A stretch of 64,000 bases of DNA, taken from IMG/VR virus record IMGVR_UViG_3300046787_000508, positions 138,895-202,894 of that record; one strand, given 5' to 3'. Of the stretch, positions 19,257-25,661 are shown in pieces; position 1 is the stretch's first letter; each line of letters starts with the position of its first letter. This DNA is from a virus (Duplodnaviria; Caudoviricetes). The position numbers and the translations under genes were made by a program. A model generated the notes under the pieces. It was not told the DNA's origin. It did not search any database and worked only from the letters and a program-made list of their open reading frames with translations.

Positions 19257-20075
19257 ATGGAGTATAAATGTCAATATTGTAATGAAATGTTTGTTTTTGA
19301 AAAAAAACAACAAGCGGGAGCTCACGTAACTAACTGTTCTATGAATCCCAAAAAAAAATTAATGACCGAGAAAAGGTTATTAAGTAAGGACCAAGTAAAA
19401 ATAGATAGAGTATTAAATTGTGAAAGATGTAATCAGGAATATACAATTAATATAACCAACCATCTATTCTCAATTGGTGATTATAAAAAACATTGTTCAA
19501 GAAAATGTGCAAACAGTAGAACACAAAAAGAAGAAACAAAAAATAAAATATCGGAATCGGTTAAAATGTGGTTTGAAAAACCTGAAGTTAAAATAAAATT
19601 ATTAAAAGATAAATCAAAATATAGAAGAAATAGAAAATGTCCATCTTGTAATGATGATTTTTTAACATTAAAATCGTCAAAACAAAAATATTGTTCATTG
19701 AAATGTGCAGGTTCCGCCGGAGGTAAAAACTCTAAACAGGGGAAAAGGAGTTTAAATGAAATTATGTTTTTTGAATTATGTAGTGAACATTTTGAAGGTG
19801 TAATGTCAAACGAAAACGCGTTTAATGGTTGGGACGCTGATGTTATTCTACCAAATGAAAAAATTGCAGTTTTATGGAATGGAATTTGGCACTATAAAAA
19901 AATAATGAAAAAACATTCATTAACCCAAGTTCAAAATAGGGATATGATTAAAATAAAGGAAATAAAAAAATTAGGGTTTAAACCATATATAATAAAAGAT
20001 ATGGGTTCACATAATCCAGAGTTTGTGAATGAACAATTTATTATTTTTAAAAAATATTTAGAAAATATTTTGTAA
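19257..20075 (+). CDS. putative homing endonuclease (Zn-finger/NUMOD-like repeats + Vsr/DUF559-like PD-(D/E)XK domain)
   Basis: Multiple CxxC motifs, QKEETKNKISES, WDADVIL...IAVLWNGIWH; free-standing inside tRNA array. Confidence 0.65.
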   Translation: MEYKCQYCNEMFVFEKKQQAGAHVTNCSMNPKKKLMTEKRLLSKDQVKIDRVLNCERCNQEYTINITNHLFSIGDYKKHCSRKCANSRTQKEETKNKISESVKMWFEKPEVKIKLLKDKSKYRRNRKCPSCNDDFLTLKSSKQKYCSLKCAGSAGGKNSKQGKRSLNEIMFFELCSEHFEGVMSNENAFNGWDADVILPNEKIAVLWNGIWHYKKIMKKHSLTQVQNRDMIKIKEIKKLGFKPYIIKDMGSHNPEFVNEQFIIFKKYLENIL

Positions 20076-20130
20076 ATTAAAAAATAAATATTACATTTGT
20101 ACAAGAATTAAATGTTCATTGAAAATATAT

Positions 20131-20202
20131 CGCAGGGTAGAGCAGTGGTAGCTCGGGAGGCTCATAACCTCTAGGTCGTCAGTTCGAATCTGGCCCCTGC
20201 AA
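20131..20202 (+). tRNA. initiator tRNA-fMet(CAT)
   Basis: C1:A72 mismatch, loop CTCATAA; TACATTTG promoter at 20092-20099. Confidence 0.85.
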
Positions 20203-20251
20203 CAAAACATAAGATTAATTACCTTATGTATGGAAGGTTCGAAACTTCCGA

Positions 20252-20365
20252 TTGATTATGGTGTAAAGGTGCACGGCAGAACGGAGTAGGAATACGAAAA
20301 GCATTGAGCTTTCGTCGGTTCCGAAAGGGGAAACAGGATTATGGTTCGAATCCATTTTAGTCAAC
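20252..20365 (+). ncRNA. tRNA-like RNA with anticodon arm replaced by larger domain
   Basis: Acceptor TTGATTA/TAGTCAA, D-arm TGGTGTAAAGGTGCACG, T arm ATGG-TTCGAAT-CCAT; no canonical anticodon arm. Confidence 0.6.
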
Positions 20366-20498
20366 TATTGTAATTGACATAACGTCCTTAGCGGGAGAGC
20401 TTAGTATATTACGGATAATCCTTCGGTAATTTACGATATGGTAACGTAGAAACAAGAGTAAGAGGATTTGAGTTCTACCTATGTTAGTTACAATTTTT

Positions 20499-20571
20499 GG
20501 GATTGAGGTCAAACGGTTAAGATGTCGCCCTGTCACGGCGCACGGAGCGGGTTCAACTCCCGTCAGTCCCG
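20499..20571 (+). tRNA. tRNA-Asp(GTC)
   Basis: Cloverleaf, loop CTGTCAC. Confidence 0.92.
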
Positions 20572-20779
20572 CAAATGAGTAAGAGATACTCAATGATTTG
20601 GCATCGTTCGAAATAATGATGTAGTTGTTTCCTTCCACGATTTTATAGAGGGGGTCTCGGAATATGGTCGTAACAAAACTACCGAGTATGTTTGACGTTT
20701 TAAGCGGTAAGACGCGATGGGTTTTTCAATACGAAAAACTGTGAATATCTACCTCGAAATAATCTCATCGGGGACAATT

Positions 20780-20865
20780 GGAAGGATGGCAGAGTTGGTC
20801 GATTGTACCTGACTTGAAATCAGGCGTACTGCAAGGTACCGTGGGTTCGAATCCTACTCCTTCCG
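20780..20865 (+). tRNA. tRNA-Ser(TGA)
   Basis: Loop CTTGAAA; long variable arm. Confidence 0.93.
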
Positions 20866-21139
20866 CAATTCGACGACATTTAGGGTGATTTAGTATCTAG
20901 ATTACTCTTTGTAACGATTACGGAAGTACACATTTATTTGTGTTAAACGTTAAGTTCGACAGGTAGAAACTAAGTGGTTCGGAATTTGACTGAAACAAGG
21001 TGACTTGGTCTTTGAAGTATTCAAACGATTTATCGTTGTAGGTACTGAATAACAAGAAGATAAACTAAGAACATCATCGTATGAAGTTTACCTAGAGAAA
21101 TTTATAAAACGATGACTGCTCGGAAAGACGGGCTCATTT

Positions 21140-21251
21140 AATTAGGTGGCGGAATTGGTAAACGTAGAGATGTTGAAGTTTAGGTATCACTATGATTAAG
21201 TTCAGAAACTTGACCTAATGCTCTAAACAGGTTCGAATCCTGTCCTGATTA
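21140..21251 (+). ncRNA. tRNA-like RNA with ~50-nt structured expansion of the anticodon loop
   Basis: Acceptor AATTAGG/CCTGATT, D-arm TGGCGGAATTGGTAAACG, stem AGAG/CTCT, T arm ACAGG-TTCGAAT-CCTGT. Confidence 0.65.
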
Positions 21252-21456
21252 CAGGTCGTCTTTTTATATTGCTCCCGTTTGTGAGTTAACTTTATAGACG
21301 TAAAACTTAAAGTAATGAAAATCATTCCCTTCTGGAGTTGACGGTAAAACTATCCAGTCCTGTTCCTTACCGAAGGAGTTTCCGGACGTTAATATGAAAC
21401 TCAAACGACAGTGAAAAGTAGGGACTTATAAGTTTTACCTGAACTTGTCCCGAATT

Positions 21457-21528
21457 GGCCCGTTCGACTATCGGTTAGGTCGTCAGGTTTTCATCCTGGA
21501 AAGAGGGGTTCGACTCCCCTACGGGCTA
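21457..21528 (+). tRNA. tRNA-Glu(TTC), second copy with a different body
   Basis: Cloverleaf, loop TTTTCAT. Confidence 0.9.
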
Positions 21529-21542
21529 CTAAATTTAATGAA

Positions 21543-21734
21543 ATGAAAAAGTTAATTTTATTATTGGTTGTGATGTTTAGTATGAGTGGTTGTTATACCA
21601 CATATAGAACGCCACAAAGACACAATGGACTTAGACCTTTATGGTATAATCCAAGAACTCATCAAGGACCGTTTTATAATCATCCAAGACCAAGAAACAT
21701 GAGACCACATTTCAATCCAAGAAATCGTTGGTAA
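21543..21734 (+). CDS. small lipoprotein with Pro/Arg/His-rich tail
   Basis: MKKLILLLVVMFSMSGC lipobox. Confidence 0.7.
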   Translation: MKKLILLLVVMFSMSGCYTTYRTPQRHNGLRPLWYNPRTHQGPFYNHPRPRNMRPHFNPRNRW

Positions 21735-21775
21735 CATTTGACTTTTTAATATTTTATTAGTATATTTATATTATT

Positions 21776-22105
21776 ATGAAACAACATTAGACACATAGAC
21801 TTATAACCGTAACGAGAAAAGATATTTCTCCGGGTTATCAAATTGCACAATCGGGGCATGCAATTGCACAATTCTTTTTAGACCATCCCGATTTATCTAA
21901 AAAATGGAACAACAACTATCTTATTTCGTTGTCCATAGATTCCGAACAAAAATTACATAAACTTTTTACCGACTTAATTGAGTGTGGAATATCCGTATCC
22001 GTGTTTAACGAACCAGATATTGATAATCAACTAACGTCACTGTGCTTCCTCGAAACGGGAGATACAAAAAAATACACACATAAACTTAAATTATCTTTAA
22101 ATTAA
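21776..22105 (+). CDS. peptidyl-tRNA hydrolase 2-like protein with in-frame TAG at codon 5
   Basis: MKQH*THRLITVTRKDISPGYQIAQSGHAIAQF...FNEPDIDNQLTSLC matches Pth2 pattern; missing from ORF track because of TAG at 21788-21790. Confidence 0.75.
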
Positions 22106-22214
22106 GAAACCATGAAATAGATACGACCACCGAACTAAACTTAATAAAGTAAAAAATGCTCGATAAAGGCATCAACTTTATCATTAAACAATAACTTTAT
22201 TAAATTTAAACAAA

Positions 22215-22553
22215 ATGAAAAAATACACAAATAACCCAACACAAATGATTAAATGTACATTCTCTAACTCAGTTCATAAAATATTAGAACCTAATATCGA
22301 TATTAAAAATCGTGAAAGATGGAGAAAAGAAAATCGTGACAAATACAATTTCACTGATGAACAAAAAATAGAAATGTTCGATAAGATAATGAAAATACAT
22401 AAAGAAACATCTAATGAATTAACATCTTATCAATTTGATAGGAGAGACAAAAAAAGGTTACACGCTGACCGTGTCGCTCGAGGTTATAAATTTAAAACAA
22501 AAACCAAAAAGGAAGAATATGAAAAAAATATTCAGAAAGATTTGGTATTATAA
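22215..22553 (+). CDS. hypothetical basic protein
   Basis: ORF of 112 aa. Confidence 0.6.
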   Translation: MKKYTNNPTQMIKCTFSNSVHKILEPNIDIKNRERWRKENRDKYNFTDEQKIEMFDKIMKIHKETSNELTSYQFDRRDKKRLHADRVARGYKFKTKTKKEEYEKNIQKDLVL

Positions 22554-22681
22554 AAAATAAACAATACATTTGTATTATAATTTACAACCAAAGAGACATT
22601 GACTTAGTAACCCAGTGGAGGCACACATAAACTGTATTAGTGAAAAGTTGAGGTGATAGACCACCATGTTGTAAATTATTT

Positions 22682-22753
22682 GTCCTGTTAGTGTAGTGGT
22701 AGCACGAAGGTCTCTAAAACCTTTAAGGGTCGGTTCGAGTCCGACACGGGGCA
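22682..22753 (+). tRNA. amber suppressor tRNA (anticodon CTA)
   Basis: Acceptor GTCCTGT/ACGGGGC; AAGGT-CTCTAAA-ACCTT; GTCGG-TTCGAGT-CCGAC. Confidence 0.88.
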
Positions 22754-22826
22754 CAAAAATAAAAAAAATAAAAAATATTTGTTTACTATTGATATTTTTT
22801 GTAAATTTGCATATACTTATTAAACG

Positions 22827-22934
22827 ATGAAGAATATAAATAACATATTGACGAGTACGAGACCCCTTAACAATGGTAATGGGTATGGTGTGCAACCGTT
22901 AAGTTACTTATGTTCGGATATTATTGAGATGTAA
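22827..22934 (+). CDS. putative leader peptide (35 aa)
   Basis: MKNINNILTSTRPLNNGNGYGVQPLSYLCSDIIEM after TAAATTTG (22802-22809), before a terminator. Confidence 0.45.
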   Translation: MKNINNILTSTRPLNNGNGYGVQPLSYLCSDIIEM

Positions 22935-22956
22935 ATAAATTTTACAATTATAAATC

Positions 22957-22992
22957 AACCCGAACAAATTAAAAAAATGTTCGGGTTTTTTG
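22957..22992 (+). terminator. intrinsic terminator/attenuator
   Basis: AACCCGAACA...TGTTCGGGTT plus T run. Confidence 0.8.
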
Positions 22993-23053
22993 TTTTAATT
23001 AAATTTTATTATTACATTTGTAACGTAGTTCATTGACATTCTGAGAAAGTAAC

Positions 23054-23138
23054 GCCCGGGTGGTGTAATGGTAGCCACGAGGGACTTAAAATCCCTTGGA
23101 CAGAAACGTTCGTGCCGGTTCGAGTCCGGCCCCGGGTA
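23054..23138 (+). tRNA. tRNA-Leu(TAA)
   Basis: Loop CTTAAAA; long variable arm. Confidence 0.92.
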
Positions 23139-23186
23139 CGAAGCTTAGTTCACACTATACTCGCGAAGAGGAGGAAGTGTATTTTT

Positions 23187-23260
23187 GGTTCCATAGCTCA
23201 ATTGGATAGAGCAACACACTTCTAATGTGTAGGTTTCAGGTTCGACTCCTGATGGAATCA
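23187..23260 (+). tRNA. tRNA-Arg(TCT)
   Basis: Loop CTTCTAA. Confidence 0.92.
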
Positions 23261-23318
23261 CACCGGTGGTAGTTTTGAGGTTGACGAATTCTACATAAAA
23301 AAAATAATTCATCCACTA

Positions 23319-23391
23319 CTAGGTGTGGGAAAGTTGGTAATCCGCGTGGTTTGGGACCACGAGACCGTAGGTTCGAGCCCTACCACTTAGA
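23319..23391 (+). tRNA. tRNA-Pro(TGG)
   Basis: Loop TTTGGGA. Confidence 0.88.
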
Positions 23392-23469
23392 CGAGATGGT
23401 GATAACCAATCAGCAGCCAAAATGTATACAGAAATGCTGGAGGTGACAAACGGGGAGAGACCCGTACAT

Positions 23470-23549
23470 ACCCGAGTGGTGGAATGGTATACACAGCGGT
23501 CTTAGAAACCGTGTCGAAAGGCGTGTCGGTTCGAGTCCGACCTTGGGTA
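23470..23549 (+). tRNA. tRNA-Leu(TAG)
   Basis: Loop CTTAGAA; long variable arm. Confidence 0.92.
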
Positions 23550-23557
23550 CGAAAATT

Positions 23558-23629
23558 GGCCTTGTAGCTCAGTGGTAGAGCAGTTGACTGTTAATCAACT
23601 GGTCGTTGGTTCGAATCCAACCGGGGCCT
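23558..23629 (+). tRNA. tRNA-Asn(GTT)
   Basis: Loop CTGTTAA. Confidence 0.93.
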
Positions 23630-23823
23630 CAAAAAGTTTAACCATATAAGGTTGAATAAGATGACAGACGAAAGTTATCTCTTGAGGGTAAAATGAAAAG
23701 ATTGGTAGAGTGGTACTACGGGGTGACGGCCCAAACGCAGGTTCGATTCCTGTATCGAAGTAATTTGAGAGTAAAGGTAAAAGGTATTAATAGCGGTCTA
23801 AAAACTGGGTTAAACTTTGATAT

Positions 23824-23905
23824 GGGAGCATCGCATAGCGGCAATTGCAGAAGACTGTAAATCTTCCCTCTTTCGAGTTCGTAGGTTCGAGTCCTACTGC
23901 TCCCA
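23824..23905 (+). tRNA. tRNA-Tyr(GTA)
   Basis: Loop CTGTAAA; long variable arm. Confidence 0.92.
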
Positions 23906-23919
23906 CAAAAAAACAAATT

Positions 23920-24573
23920 ATGGCAACATTAGAAACACAGTACAAGGATTTTTTGGTTAAAAACCCAAGTTCAACGTTTACATTTGAAGAATGGAAAAAC
24001 GACCACGGGGTTAAGATTGCAAATGCAGTTGAACGTTCTTCCTCACTTAAGAAAATTATTGATGAGATTAGAACACCCGAATACAAGGAAAGGAGATTAA
24101 AAGAAAAAAAAGAAAGTAAAGAAAGATTAACCGCCGAGTATCAGTTTGGATATTATGTTGGTGAAGAAATTGTGACAAGGCATTTACCAACGATTACAAC
24201 AGATATGATAAAGTCTCGTAATCAAATTAAAGTTTCGGATGAAGACACTGAAGAAAACAAACGTATACATGACCTATGGTGGGAGAGTGGAAAATATGGT
24301 TCCAATCCTGACGATGTGGTTAATAAAGAAACTTGGAAATTATATCGACAACATATGGTTATGTTGGAAAAGAAGTATCTCCCAAATCCTTTAAAATGTA
24401 ATATTGATTTATTAAATATTCGTGACGAGAAAGATTTTAAAGATGGGTTAATCCATTCGTTGTGGAATTGTGATATGTGTACTTACAGTTTAAAACCTGA
24501 AGACATTAAGATATACGATGATGAAGATATGTGGTTTACCATCATTGAATTTATCCTAAGAGACGAAGAATAA
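23920..24573 (+). CDS. hypothetical protein
   Basis: Start MATLETQ at 23920 (the ORF-track start lies inside tRNA-Tyr). Confidence 0.7.
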   Translation: MATLETQYKDFLVKNPSSTFTFEEWKNDHGVKIANAVERSSSLKKIIDEIRTPEYKERRLKEKKESKERLTAEYQFGYYVGEEIVTRHLPTITTDMIKSRNQIKVSDEDTEENKRIHDLWWESGKYGSNPDDVVNKETWKLYRQHMVMLEKKYLPNPLKCNIDLLNIRDEKDFKDGLIHSLWNCDMCTYSLKPEDIKIYDDEDMWFTIIEFILRDEE

Positions 24574-24579
24574 TAGTTT

Positions 24580-24653
24580 GGACTTGTAGCTCAGTTGGTT
24601 AGAGCACCGCACTCATAATGCGTAGGTCCCTGGTTCGAGCCCAGGCTGGTCCA
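24580..24653 (+). tRNA. tRNA-Met/Ile2(CAT)
   Basis: Loop CTCATAA; Ile-like body, possibly lysidine-modified. Confidence 0.85.
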
Positions 24654-24661
24654 CAAAATTT

Positions 24662-24736
24662 GGAAAGTTAGCTCAGTTGGTTCAGAGCACCTCGTTTACA
24701 CCGAGGGGGTCGTAGGTTCGAATCCTACACTTTCTA
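24662..24736 (+). tRNA. tRNA-Val(TAC)
   Basis: Loop TTTACAC. Confidence 0.9.
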
Positions 24737-24929
24737 CAATGTATCAAATGTGCAGTGAAAGTTGATGTAGGCATACATCGGTGAGGTGGGTTCGAATCCC
24801 AAGTAACAATACCCAATTTGGTGGGGGCCGAGTAACTGATAACACATTATAGCCGATTTTGGGTTGTGCACCTCGTCCGAGAAACCCTAATAGTTCCTAA
24901 TAGACCGGTATGGAACTGATACATAATTT

Positions 24930-25002
24930 GCCTCCATAGCTCAGTTGGTAGAGCAGCTGATTTGTAATCAGCAGGTCGTTGGTTCGAGCCCGACTGGAGG
25001 CT
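24930..25002 (+). tRNA. tRNA-Thr(TGT)
   Basis: Loop TTTGTAA. Confidence 0.93.
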
Positions 25003-25007
25003 CATAA

Positions 25008-25079
25008 GCAGATGTCGTATAATGGTCATTACTTCAGACTTCCAATCTGAAGATGAGAGTTCGATTCTCTCCATCTGCT
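25008..25079 (+). tRNA. tRNA-Gly(TCC)
   Basis: Loop CTTCCAA. Confidence 0.92.
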
Positions 25080-25175
25080 CTGTCGGTACCCAAAGGGTGA
25101 AGGACGTGGTATGGGACTTGTTCCCTCAAACTCAATACCGTAAGTTGAGCGGCCAATCTACGGGATTGGCTTTAC

Positions 25176-25247
25176 TGTTCCATGGTGTAACGGTTAACAC
25201 TACCGGTTTTGAGCCGGTCATTTCAGGTTCGAATCCTGATGGGACAA
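25176..25247 (+). tRNA. tRNA-Gln(TTG)
   Basis: Loop TTTTGAG. Confidence 0.9.
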
Positions 25248-25251
25248 CAAA

Positions 25252-25337
25252 GGAAGGTTACCCAAGTTGGTGAAGGGGCCTGTTTGCTAAACAGGTAGGG
25301 TGTAACAGCCGCGAGAGTTCGAGCCTCTCACTTTCCG
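25252..25337 (+). tRNA. tRNA-Ser(GCT)
   Basis: Loop TTGCTAA; long variable arm. Confidence 0.92.
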
Positions 25338-25410
25338 CAAATCGATAGTGCTGTACGCGACGGAGACACAAGACAGAAGTGAAGGAACTGTCCCTATTGA
25401 TTTTTTTTAT

Positions 25411-25547
25411 TGTAATGTGTTGGAATTAGATATGAATAATATCTTTGGCAGACAAGCCCTCCTGTCTCGGGGGTGATGAAAAAGAAATAGGTTAATGGTA
25501 ACATAAACTGAATCTCATCGTGGATGGTTCGAGTCCTCCCATTACAG
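25411..25547 (+). ncRNA. oversized tRNA-like RNA (GTC anticodon, D-loop hairpin insert, very long variable arm)
   Basis: Acceptor TGTAATG/CATTACA; CCCTC-CTGTCTC-GGGGG; insert AGATAT-GAATA-ATATCT; bulged T stem. Confidence 0.6.
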
Positions 25548-25661
25548 CATTATAAAAAAAACAAAAAATTTTTACAAAAGGCTTGTTTTTTAAAAAATAT
25601 TATGTACATTTGTACTCACAACAACAATTAACAACATTATTAACAACAAAATTTTACAACA

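Noticed and set aside
18942-25273. ORFs overlapping tRNA genes (18942..19325, 19019..19222, 20357..20638, 22575..22895, 23716..23916, 24847..25074, 25022..25273)
   Set aside because: Antisense or in-frame reads of tRNA genes, no coding signature
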